Assembly (NCBI GenBank): GCA_965287045.1
Contig: OZ336873.1
Span: 39,742,001-39,806,000 of the forward strand
DNA length: 64,000 nucleotides
Source: Carcharhinus amblyrhynchos
Taxonomy: Eukaryota
Direction: 5' to 3'
Below are positions 12,365 to 24,913 of the stretch, one piece after another. Numbering within the stretch: position 1 is the first letter of the stretch; every line of letters starts with the position of its first letter. Below the pieces are notes generated by a model. That model worked only from the letters and a program-made list of their open reading frames with translations, was not told the origin of the DNA and did no database searches. Both the position numbers and the translations under genes were made by a program.

Positions 12365-13444
12365 TGTTCTGTTCATTTTTATTTAAACACTGGATTATAA
12401 ATCCAGTGGAACCTTTTGCTGAATTATGGAATAGGGATACAGCAGCATTGTGGAATATTGCCTACCATTTCTACTGATACCCTACTTCTGCTTTCATTGT
12501 GGAAGCGCAGTGGTTGGAAGAGCAGTGAAATCTGATCCAGATACTAATACAGAAAGGGTAAGATTTAAAATATTTCAATACCCTATGAGCCTGAGTGCAG
12601 TGTCATACATTTCACAATAATGATTTTAAAATAGATGGAATTTTAACGATGTAACTGAATAAAGGGTCTAGCGAGCCTCAAAGAAAATAGTTTCTGAAAG
12701 TCCTCAGTCGAATTTTGAGAGCCCTGAAGCAGGGAGCTGTACATTTTTGAAAATTATTATGTTTCAGATAATGTAGAAATACCTATCCGATGCATCCATT
12801 CGCAAGCAGAGGTATTGAAATCAGATTCACCAACATCTGATCATTGTGGATTGGTTTTGTAGCCGATTTTAAGCTTCAATAAAATCTAGTCGGTAAAACG
12901 AATGCACTGACACCGTTAATAGTGCACTTCAATTCATAAAAGTATGCATTTGAAATTTATTCACAATTAAATCTCAGGTTTAAAGTAAACCATTGAAAAA
13001 CTGTTGACTCGAATCAATGTTCAAAATGAAGGATGGATCACAGGTAGAAAGTCCTTTGGGTTTGAATGTAATTTTACATACAGAATTTGTTTGGAAGAGA
13101 CAATTTTAGGGCTGGGGCAATTGGAGGGGGGGATGATGTCGGGAGGGGGGGAGGATTGGCGGTAGTGAATCATTACTTGTTAAGGTAAGGGATTCTGATT
13201 GCAGCTAATGTGAGTACTTAATGTAGGCATAAATCACATTCAAGCCTGGTACAGCATATAAAGTAAAACTCATTTTGTTTTACCTTAACCAAATATCAGA
13301 ATTGAATCCTATCCTAGTGTGACATTTTCTCAGCTATCCTGACGTTGCTAACCAAATTGGTGGTAGACTATAGTCACTGGTAATTAGGCATATTATTGAC
13401 CTCCAGGTCAGGACACCCCAGAAATTGTTTACTCTGTATCTTGC

Positions 13445-13638
13445 AATCAACATCACAAAAGCAGATTTTCTTCTCATCATTCATATTGCTGTTTGTGGGA
13501 GTTTGCTGCATGCAAGTTGGTTGCTGTGATTCCTATATTACAAAAGTGGCTACACTTCAATAATACTTCATTAACTGTAAAGTACTTGGAGATGTCCAGT
13601 GCATGTGAAAAGTGCTATGTAAATGCAAGCTTTTTTTT
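13445..13638 (+). mobile_element. DeuSINE (SacSINE1/AmnSINE1-like) 3' portion
   Basis: attgctgtttgtgggagtttgctg...ctacacttcaa...tacttcatt..ctgtaaag...gctatgtaaatgcaag matches the recalled Deu-domain and tail consensus. Confidence 0.7.
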
Positions 13639-15723
13639 AAATTTCAGGTTTGGGAGGAAGAGACTAAGAATTTAAGAAATTGCATGCATCACCTCTTACC
13701 CATATCATGTGTGGGGATGCCTACAGGAGCCGAAGTCCCATTATTCTACTTAATTGTACAGTATGGTTCATGGAGTCATCTGAAAAGTGGGCCATTAAGA
13801 CATAGAAGAAATCATTATGAATAGGGTTTCAAACAAGAACTAAATAATGGGACGTTGCTGCACTGGTATTGGAACCATGCTGGTAAAAATCTAATTTCAG
13901 ATAAGAATCTTACAATCAAGCAAGAAGATGCTCTCATCCCATTAATCAGGGCTGAATTTGAACTGAGGCCAAAGGGTAAAAAGGGCATTGAGCTAACCCA
14001 AAATGCCACTGAGTTCCAGGACCCTGGGTAATTTTGTATATTTAAATCAGATCCTCATTACTTTGGAGCAGCTAGGTTGCAGCAGTGGGTAGGCAAAAGT
14101 AATTTTGCCTTGCAATGAAAATAATAGGATTCTAAGTTTGTTTGTGACAGTCATTTTAGTTGAAAAAAGGGGGATATTTTGAACTATCTCACTTAAGGGA
14201 TGTCAGGATGCGTTGGTCTTTTTTTTGTCACGGTGCTATTTTATGGTGTAAAACCAGAGCAGTCACTGCAGAGTTCTTTTATCATTCTTTGGGGTTTTGA
14301 TCAGGGAAGATTGCTTGAGCATTCTGGCTTTCAGGGATTCAACTGAACCAATATTTTTTGTTTTTTTCCAAACCTAATGTTGGTTATTCATCACAAGTTA
14401 CAGTGAAATTAAGGAGACTCTGCATTTATTCAGGGCTCAAAACTAATGCTGATGAACAGGAAAACTTGTTATTTTAGTTTTGTGCTTGGCATTCAGCCTC
14501 TGGTTTGCAAGCAAGATTTCCATTCCAGTGCACTACTATCTCATTAATTAGACTTGCATGAAGCTCTGGTCTTTATGGCTTCTTATATGACTTAGCTTCA
14601 TCCTTTTTTTCCAGAAGACCCTGTTAGCAGACTCTTCAGGGACCTCTGAGCATCTTCATTTTCATCCTACAGATGATTGCAGATTTCAAGTGCAAGCGTT
14701 AGTAGATTTTCCTGGTTTGGAGGCCAGTGTTAGACTGTGTGTTGACCCTTTACTGATCGATCTTTAAATCGTGATTACCTTCTGCTAATGTGGCAACTAT
14801 AGCTCGGAGCATTATTTTGTCAGCTGTAGTGTGGCACGGAGCTTATATATTTACAGTATCGAAGGTTACAGGGAAACTCGGCAAAAGAGAGTAATACAGT
14901 TCACATTTTCACAGGCAGTAATTTCCCAAGTTAAATCCAAATGCTGAATAGAAAAATCTACCCTATAAACCATCTCCCTTTCCAATTCCTTGAACCGCAA
15001 GCATCGCTGCCAGTATTTTCCCTTTACTCATGGGCAGATCTGAAGTGACCCTCAAAGGGCTGCCATAGTAATTTTTCTCCCAGCGAAGTTGTTTGTTTGA
15101 TTGTTAAGGATTAATAAATGTGTGTTTACTGAAAATTTCTCATAATATGAAATATATTTGTGATCATTAGTAGCATAAAGGGAAGGTGTAATTTTCTAGT
15201 TTCACATTTCATTTCTTTGTAGCTTTTCTTAATGTGCACTCAAACAACACAGAACAGACAGCATAAAATGACAGCATATGTGTTAAGTTCAAGGCCTGCA
15301 ATATGCAGCAGTGAACAATGTGGCTCCAAAACAGAGTTTTGTGTTTCCAAGCTTTTCTGTTCTGATACTATTCAAAAATTGGAACTCACTTCCACTTATT
15401 TTGGTTATGCGAATGCTCTGTGTGCAAGCCACATAGGAGATGATGCCCATCATAATATTCAGTAAAAACACACAGAAATTATCACAATGTCTTCAGTAGC
15501 TGCTGTATGATTTTTCCCTAAACCTTTCTGCAAGGCAATATGTGAATGATTATTTAAAACTGCTCCATTTTTAAAAAGTTGAATATCTATACACAAATGG
15601 TGGTAGTATATTTGAGTTTCTTTTTTAAACTTGTAACCACATGTTCATATGGATAAAATTAAATCATTTTATGAGATATGTTGATTTTATTCCAGAGGCA
15701 TCTAATCAACAAGACCCATGACT

Positions 15724-15725
<2 letters not shown>

Positions 15726-15762
<37 letters not shown>
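15726..15762. repeat. (TG)n microsatellite
   Basis: About 18 perfect TG units. Confidence 0.98.
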
Positions 15763-15765
<3 letters not shown>

Positions 15766-16534
15766 GTGGGGGTGGGGTGGTGTGTGTGTATTATAGGGGG
15801 GATGGTGGTGTATGCTGATATGGTTTTTGTTGCATTTTCACATGTACTTGCCAGGATTGACTGCGACTTGTACACCTTAAAAGAGAATTTTTGCCCAGAA
15901 CTGAATATTTTGCTTGTTTTTGTTGAACACATCATATACGTCACACATTCATTGGAATGTACAAGGATCATTGTTTATAAAACTGCAACTATAACTAATA
16001 TGAAGCATAGGAATAGGAGCGAGTCTCTCAAACCCATTTCACCATTCAGTTTCATCATACCTGATCTGTACTTTATTCCATTTACACACCATCAACGCAT
16101 AGCCATTGATACCCTTCCAAAAAATTTTGGCAGTGTGACTTACACTGGCAAGATGTTTACTGTAATCAATTATAGGAGATAGCTCACAGAATTGGATCTT
16201 AAGAATAGTGATATGAGTTTTAAAATCTTAAAAACAGGTGCTGGAAATGCACATTTTTCAGCATCTCTGAAAATAGAAAGAAAATGGTTTACGCTTCCGA
16301 CACATTGACCCTTTGTTAACCTACCTCAAGAGACTACACCCAGAGTGTTAACCTGAAAGTATTCTTTGCTAATGGGTGAAATTGGTGTGTATTCATTTCA
16401 GACTTCAATACTTGCAACCTTTTTCTTAATATTGAGCTCTTTCTATTTAGAACGTTTAAGTACAGTTTATTGAGACTATTGATGATACTGTACAAGTTTG
16501 CTTCATGCTTATGGGTAATATTCAGCTTTATGCA

Positions 16535-16812
16535 GGGACAGCACAGTGGTTGGCACTGCTGCCTCACAGCGCCAGGGACCTGGGTTTGATTCCCAGCTTG
16601 GGTCACTGTCTGTGTGGAGTTTGCACATTCTCCCTATGTCTGCATGGATTTCCTCCCACTGTCTGAAGGATGTGCTGGTTAGGTGCTTTGGCCATTCTAA
16701 ATTCTCCCTGAGTATACCTGGAGTGTGGCGACTAGAGGATTTTCACAGTAACTTCATTGCAGTGTGAATGTAAGCCTACTTGGGACTAATAAATAAACTT
16801 TACTTTTACTTT
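16535..16812 (+). mobile_element. tRNA-derived V-SINE (HE1-like head) with a non-CR1 tail
   Basis: A-box-like cagtggttgg and B-box-like ggtttgattccc, the V-domain ctgtgtggagtttgcacattctccc, and tail ...aataaataaactttactttt. Confidence 0.85.
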
Positions 16813-16887
16813 TAATAGTTATCAACAGTAGTGCCCAAGTGATTGGAGATCTTTTCTTTCAAATGGAACTGTACTTTCTTGTTGCAG

Positions 16888-17007
16888 GTAGAATTTGAGT
16901 GGTTGCGACAATTCTGGTTTCAAGGAAAACGGTCTGCAAAGGCGAGCGATTGGTGGTTTGGACCAATGGCAGTGCTGGAGAACTCTTGGCGAAAGATGGA
17001 GCAAATG
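16888..17007 (+). CDS. FTO: FTO (alpha-ketoglutarate-dependent dioxygenase, m6A/m6Am demethylase) coding exon, equivalent to human exon 7
   Basis: Acceptor ctttcttgttgcag|, donor |gtatgt, 120 bp, phase 0/0. Encodes [40 protein letters not shown] versus human [40 protein letters not shown] (recalled). Confidence 0.96.
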
Positions 17008-17392
17008 GTATGTAAATCATTGCATCTTACTGGGTCCAATTATGTATTAGTGAATCATGGCTTGTTAATATAAATGTGTTCCTCCCTCTATAATTCTACT
17101 TGAAATAAAATTGCAGTTTGTGGTTCAGATTAATGTCTGACAGCGATGGATTATTTCTGTCGTTGAAATGATAAAAATACACTGAACATGGAGTTAAGTA
17201 TAGCAGTGGAAGAATAAAGCCCTTTTGGAAGTCTTTATTAAGCAATTGATACAAAACCATGAGACACTAATATGAAGCAGGCTGGCGCCAACAGCTCTCC
17301 TTGGATAATGTTTATTAGCAATCACGTGGATGAAAAATCTCAGATGAAGGCAATTTATGATCCTAATTTAATTCACACAAACTTTAATTTAC

Positions 17393-17690
17393 GATCACCC
17401 CTGTTTTCACTGACCTACATTGGCTTACAGTTATGTAACACCTCAATTTTAAGTCCCCTCCACATCTGTTTAACTTCCTGCAGTGCAGGAATCCTGAGAT
17501 ATTTGTGCTCCTCGAATTCTGGGATCTTAAGCATTCCTGATTTTAATTGCTCCAATATTGGTGGTCGTTCCTTCAACTGGCAGTGTCTTAAGCTCTGGAA
17601 TTCCCTTCCTACACCTCCCTCCCTCTACCTTTTTTCCACCTTAAGACATTCCTTAAAACTTACCTCTTTGACCAAACTCTTTGACCAACA
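17393..17690 (+). mobile_element. L2-clade LINE 3' fragment
   Basis: SP....LHWL, and IGGRSFNWQCLKLWNSLP...LKTYLF, the typical L2 ORF2 C-terminus. Confidence 0.75.
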
Positions 17691-20600
17691 CTCTTATGAA
17701 GCATGTTAGGAAATTTTACTGCATTACACTGTACAAGGGATTTTCGCAGTAACTTCATTGTCGTGTTAATGTAAGCGTACTTGTGACATTAATGGATAAA
17801 AAAGACCAAGTAGTTAGTTTGCTGCTTTTCTATGGCTAACACATTGATGAGAACTTAATGTTGCAGTAACATTTTTTCTTCCAAAATACTCGTTTGGAAG
17901 CAATTAATGAATCTGGGACCTTGGATGTCCATAAAGTGACACTGCAAAAAGTGGGGGCCAGGGCACAAGCCTAGTATTTCGCATTTTCAGTCACCTGCGG
18001 TGGCGGTTGTAGTTGCAGAATTAAAACAGCAGAGGGCACTATTGCACCAGCAGTACAGATACTAGGAAAGTAATTCACACCATTTAACAACAGGAGAATG
18101 TAACCTATCATTTGAAAATAACCTTAGTCAAACTTACACATGGAGGTCTATTTACTGAAAACCTAATTTGTGCAATAAATCAAATGGTTAACTTGATTGA
18201 CAGGAGTAGGCTTTTAATGAAGGGAATTTGGATGGAAATTTTGGCTCAGTCTTAATAACAAATATGTTGGTTGGTTCATGTGATACTGGTAACATGCATA
18301 ACAGATAACCTGGCTCCAAAAAGTCTTATAAATGGCTGCATTCCATTCAAATAGGGAATACAGATTTAATTGTTAGGATTTAAACCAATTCAAACAAAAT
18401 AGGCCAATATAGAAAATAATTGAAGAGAGAGAACTTGAGCAAAATATATACCCGCTGCGATCATTGTTCATGTCTGCCAATTAGTGCATGTCAAAATATC
18501 TGTACCTTTATGTACTTCACTATGAATCATAATACATTTATAATTTATTTTACTTTTGACAATTATTTAATTTCAAAATATTTTATCAACATCGTCTGAA
18601 ATGTGGTGGCAGGTAATTCATGCCGATTTTCTGACACGCACCATGGTGTCAAGAAACTGATTTGTAGAATTGGCATTTTGGTTTGGAGCACCACAGTGCA
18701 ATAGAATGATGGGTTAGAGCTCAATCTCCCACCGATTTTGGTTGCGCCATTATGGAGAAGCACTGAGGGCTTTTTCACAAAAAAAGGAGAAAATAAGTCA
18801 CAAAATCACAGAGAGAGAGAGAGAAGAGTGAGGGTATCTTTCCTAGGCTGATGTGACATACTTTCTTGCAAGCCAGTTCAAAACCAGCATTGACAAAGAC
18901 TTGGTCTGTAGCCTGTCTGTCATTTCAGCTACTGGAAGTGTTTTGGCCTTTGGGACCAGAACAGGGGAAGAATGTGAGTGGAATTAGAGGGCACGTCCAT
19001 ATACCTCCAGTAACAAAAACGTTCACTGTGTCAAAGTGAGCTAACATTTCTTGACTTTAAGTTTGGGAAGTCAATATTTAATGTAATCATAATGGTCTGC
19101 AGCGATCCTGTACAACCAGAAAGGAGTCTGATTTTGACATCCTAATTTCTATTTCTACACATATGCTTTGTGATTTTTAAAGTTCTGGGTTGCAGTGCTC
19201 CAACTAAGCAGCATTGTGCTCAATATAATTTGTGCTAAAGCATTCATTTAAAATAATTTGAATTATATCATTAGTTGCTTTTTCATTGCTGATTTTGTTT
19301 TATTGTCAGATATAAAAATACATTTCTTTTACAAGCCTTCAAGTAATTCACCATAATTTGCAAACGCAGAGATTATTTGCAGGTCCTTGCCTGATATTTG
19401 TAAGACTGGTCATTCATATTCCAATAAACAATTGTTTGAAGCATTTCAGCTTCCTCTTTTTCTCTGCAAAGTGTATATTTCTCCTACAAAATTAGATGTT
19501 ACTAATGTATGCAAGAGAAAACCATTTTGTGATTATTGTGGCCTTTTTGAAAGGAAAATTCCTTTGGAACTTAAGTGCAATGATTTATTACCAGAATTGT
19601 TTAGTGATAGTACGCAGTCACGTTCATGTGAATAGTATCCTGATGGGATAAATAGTGTGCACCACTTTAGGTGAGATTCCATATCATGACACTTATTATG
19701 CTTGCTGAAAAATCTTGCTGCATCGTCCAAAACTAAAGGTCTAAATATATGTCATTACTTTCTGCAAACTCAAAGCTATGAAAAATTATCATTAATTTTT
19801 TTTATTTCAGTAATCATTTTAAAAGGAAATTTATTTTGACACTTTAGTTTCTGAAGATGATATAACTGGTTGGAAGACTCCCTGTCACTGACAGTGTTGC
19901 AGGAGTTTAATTGGATTGATACAAAGGGTTAATTAGTTTCCCTGCAGTTTATTAATTCAGCTCCGTAATACTGCCAGTCTGAGTACCTCCTCCGTACCAA
20001 ACCTTCTGCTGAGGTCAAAAGAATCACTGAGAAAAACATTATTTTTAAAGGAACGAGAGCAAAAGAGAAAAGCATTTGAGAGGCAAACATAATCCTCTGT
20101 AACTGTTTAGTTTTAAGATATATCACTGATGAAACTCACTCTTTAAAGAATGTTTGTTTATGTCTATATGATGTTGTTGGCTGCAGTGTTCTCACACTGA
20201 CTATCATGCTTGCTAGTTTGCCTTATAGTGCTGTGAGAATTGTGGATGTGCCCTTAAACAACCATTGAAATGACACAGGGGCTTTCAGTGGCGCGTTTGT
20301 GCAAAGGTACAGTGCCCGTGCAGAGCTCTATATTGGGTCTGGTGCTCTCACAAGCATTTGGTGCTTTCAAACACATTCATTAGAAGGAGCCATTATGCTA
20401 ATCCAGCGAGCTGCTGTATGATAACCACATGCTGCTTTACATGCTTTTCTGCTTTCTGTGCTACAGGAAAGGTTTAAAAGTTCACCATCTCTTTTGTTGA
20501 CCTACATTTGCTGAATTTTTAAAACCATCATCAATCAAATTTACACACTCCTGTTTCGCATGTCTCAGCCTCCTTACAATTTTTGTGTCGTATTGTGGGT

Positions 20601-23600
20601 TACTTCAGTAAAGTCAATTTTGCAGAGTAAAGCCCTCTTATTATCATACCCACCAGTACAATGATGGCAGCTGGTCTTTGCCAGCCAGCACGTTCAATAT
20701 TAAGCAGCTGTAGCTGAACAAGTTTATGTATATTTAAAAATGAAAAGAAAATAAATTGCTAAACTAAGAAATTATAAGGAAAATGGCTGTAAAAGTATTG
20801 GGAATTGGGTGAATAAGGAGAAATAGTGCTGCTGTTATAGTTTGATTTGGCTTAATACGATACGCTGATGTGTATGCATTTATGTTAAACTTATTAATTG
20901 TGGATAATTGGACTATTTTTAATCTCAAAATATATGCTTCATGAAACAGGTTGTATTACAGTTTGAAAAACGATGAGTGCTGCTGAAGTGAATAGAAAGT
21001 ATTTTCAAATTCCGCAATAGTAAAGGAATATACAAAGATTGGATAAAAAGCAAGTTTTACTGTGACTAATCAAGTACCATCTTTCTTATGTATGAAAACT
21101 TGCTTTCTTGCATTGTGCAATTAGAAAAAAATCAAGGTTCTTTAGGAATGAGAAGCAATTTCCTGTGGAATGCTGGGAAAGAGTTGGCCATGTACCTCAG
21201 TCTCACAAGTTCTACATGGTACATCCCACTTACCTTTCGTATTCTGACTTTCCTTAATATTTTCCTGAACCCAATCCTTTTTTCTATCAGGACCAGTGTT
21301 TGATGAAGCTCAGTGCCCAATATCAGGAAGAATTTCAACTGCTGAAATTCATAGCTGAACTATGAAATAGAACATGTCTGACCCTGATAATGGTACAAAA
21401 ATGTAACAGTAATCTTCCTGAGTTAACAACAGTTTTGAATTTTGTTGGCCGATTTCAACTACTTTTCAGAATATCATAATATCATTTTAAATAAAGTACT
21501 AGTAAATTAGGTCATCAATACCTCCTCTTCCATAAAGTTCATTGATTTTTTTTTCTGAAATGGTTTCTTGGGTTTGCCTCATACATTTTGTACAATTTGA
21601 AGACATATATGTCAAATAATTTTACTGTGTATGCTAGCTGCAATTTTTGACTAGCTCTTTAATTACACTACGTTACATCATTTTAAAAGAGGATTTAGGG
21701 TGGAGATTTAAATTGGGAAGGACAATATAAAGATTCTACTTTCTAGATTCTAAGATTTAAATATTCTAACTGCTAACCCAGAAAATATGCAAAATTGAGA
21801 ATTTGTTGTTTTCTGGGTTAGGAGTCTTTTTTCCATACATTATTAAGTCTGAATAAGACACAGAATTTTGGGACTCATTATAAAGGAAATTTCCAAAGGA
21901 ATAAAAAATAAAACTTCAATTATGTTAATTTTTATATCACACTAGCATTTTTAGACTTTTATAAAAAGATATAATTTAAAATATACAATTGTCATTGCAT
22001 TGACAATATCTTTGGGACAGATTTCATTGTTATCATATATATATTCAAAACAACTTAACTCAAAATACCGCAGAATGGTTGTAGGGAAAAAAATTCTGTG
22101 TTTTGCAGATAGGTTTCAACTATTTGTTTGGGAGAAAATTATTATTAAATTTCTAATTTCAAGGTGCCATGGTTCTTGAAAGCACAAGTCGGGAGCAGAT
22201 CTTTTATACTTACCATATTCTAATGGCACTATTTATTCCTGGCATTTTATCTCCCTGTGGACAGTTTCCCCCCACAGTTTTCACTGTTGTGATGTAAATG
22301 TTGAACCTTCCATTAAAATGACATCCAGATAAAGCATCAAGCATTTTTGCAAAATATTACCCTATGAAATGATGAGCTATTAGATGAATGATGCATTTAT
22401 TGAAAGATGAAGGTTAAGTAAATGTTTGTGTTTCATAAAAGGTACCTGAGATTGAAGCATTATCAGGTGTGAGATTAAGATAACCGTTAACACCATTCAA
22501 AGATACAGTTACCTTTCAAAAGAACCCATACAAGCTTTGCTTTCTGAGTAAAAGAGGGAACATAAAAAGCCGGAATCTCTTGTGAGATGATTGAGACTTG
22601 CAGTGGCTGTTCCGAGATGCGTAGGATAGCAGCCCGTCTCCTAGGGTCTGAAATCATCCAAACCTGAAGGCAGCAAAAATTCATATCAGCTGCAAAATGG
22701 TAAAATCTGCAGAGGTAGCCTAAAAACAACTTTTGTGTTTGCAAAAAGGAGAGTCATAATAAAATCCAAGTTAAATATGTTGCATGTAATTAACAGAAAC
22801 TACTTTAGCAAAAGACAATTAATTGTAACATATTTAAATATTTAGTGTTGAACTGGTGTCCACTCCCAGCAGTTTGTCCAGGAGCTTACCTGTTCATAAA
22901 ATAATAGAAAGGTTTTGATTTCCTTCTCCATTTATCAATGTGTAAGTACATTTAGTTTGATTTATATTTTGTGAAGTATCTTGACTGAAAAGCATTACTT
23001 CCTGCTAGCTGTTGGCAGTGTCTCCTTTGCACTCAGATAAATGTAACATTCGCTCCACCACAGAATGAAAGGCAAGCAAAAAGCATCATGTGAACAACAT
23101 TAACGGTTAAATTAGTAGAACCTCTGTGGAGCATTCCTACATTTAGTTAGGGAAGATGCAATTTATGAAAACGCTTATGGGAGTGCAACGTATATAAACA
23201 GGCAAGGCGTGAAAACATCAGCATTTCAAACACATTTGCTTTAAGAGAAATATAAAAGTAAATACTTGCTTCCTTAAGAGGTTGTAATCTGTAGCTTTGG
23301 ACCTCCAGACGGGTGTGTTGAGTACTATCCTACTGAGAATACATTGATGACAATATCTGTAAAGGCATCAGAGCAAACCATTGCATACAGCGACTTCTAT
23401 TGTTTAATTCTCCAGTTAATAGCCACATTCTGAGGTCGCAAAGAATATGGAGCCATCAGAACTATCATGATCATCCATTATGACTCAGAAAATTACATGC
23501 TAAATGAGGTTGACCAATCATTACCAACAAAATCATTTAAAATATGTGCATCACCATTGAGTTTGTTATGGAGCATGCTAAAACTGATTAAAATGGCTCA

Positions 23601-24780
23601 GCCCGTATATACCTGATAGCTTTTGATGGTTGATGGTGTATTAATATCCAGCTTAGCTGCTGTTGGCACTTTGGACAGGTCCCAGGGAAGAATATGAGAT
23701 TGACCAGGTTTTCCCACTGTGCCAGAAATCTTTTGCAGACACAAAGCAGTACTCTTGTACTAGCGGAAGAACAGATAAGGGTTTTCTTGTTGCCATTTAA
23801 GTTTTAGCACTAATGCTTTTCTCTGTAAGCCCTTCCCTGGGATGTTGAAAGGGAACTGCTCTTTGAGTTTTTGGGATTTTCAAAATGTGGAATCATTAAT
23901 TTAAACTAAAGAAATAACTTACACTCCATCTAAATAGGAACAAAATGGTTTTATTTATCTGTATTAAATTAAGCAGATTTGTGTGGGCTTTTCAAAAGCA
24001 CAGATCTCTTCTAATGGTGTAATCACTGAATTTAAACCACAACAAAGAGTAACAATGAGATCAGAATCATAGCCAATTTTCAAGACAATTTTTCTCTTTT
24101 GATAGTAGGGATACAGTGTGCCCTGTGCCTCTCTGATGATAAGCCTAGATTTTTTAAAAAAAGCTGCTAGAGATGCGGATAAGCAAAGCAAAAGCTCGAA
24201 ACAGGAAATATCAAGCATTGAAGACATTGTTGTAGATGACTACTTCGGAGGTTGATCCTTATCAGGTTGCAAGAAAGGACGTGAAGGAAAGACTTTTTAG
24301 ATGGAGAGCTGGTCAATGAAATATTGCTTCAGGTGAGGCACCTTGGCTTTTCTGCATGACCTATTGTTCCACAAACACACTCTGCCTTATGCATCTTCTT
24401 TCAGACTTTGCATTTACATTAACCTTTCTGGAAGCAGATATGTTCTGTTAGCAAAAAAGGAAATGACTGTGGCAAAACATAACACTATTACCAATGATAA
24501 ATATGGGTTTAACTATCACATAAAATAAATTAATTTCATCCATTGACATAATAGAGATTTTCAACTGGCTGCTCAGCCGTAAATTTGATATTGTGGATTG
24601 ATCATAAAGCAAGTGATGTGGATTGGCTTTAATACCCAGCGGTGTGAGTTGACTGCCAGGATAGAAATCCAGTGCTGTGGATTGAGCGTAAACTGGTGCT
24701 GTAGAGATTGGTTTTAAATCTGGCGCTGTGGATTGACCCCTCATTTGTAATATGAGTGCTGTGGATTAACTGTCTTTGTA

Positions 24781-24913
24781 CATAAGAACATAAGAAATAG
24801 GAGCAGGAGTAGGCCATCTAGCCCTTCAAGCCTGCCCCAGATCATGGCTGATCTGTCGTGGCTCAGTTCCACATTCCCGCCCTCTCCCCATAACCCTTAA
24901 TCCCCTCGCTTAT
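24781..24913 (-). mobile_element. Very short 3' end of the young CR1 family (same as 1-1099) inserted in the minisatellite
   Basis: Reverse complement of ~947-1091 (cataagaacataagaaataggagcaggagtaggccatctagcc...) with a small internal deletion. Confidence 0.92.

Noticed and set aside
15718-16182. 154-aa ORF beginning MTPVCVCVC
   Set aside because: It runs through a (TG)n microsatellite and a decayed CR1 tail, so it is spurious.
16535-16610. tRNA genes at SINE heads (also 32571, 53035, 61100)
   Set aside because: Only A/B-box remnants are present, with no full cloverleaf. They are SINE heads.
11020-16880. Search for the FTO exon 6 equivalent (CSTGTLDYI...EIHNE)
   Set aside because: AG-flanked candidates near 11836, 12769, 13648 and 14615 do not translate to FTO-like peptide. 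The exon is probably upstream of the window.
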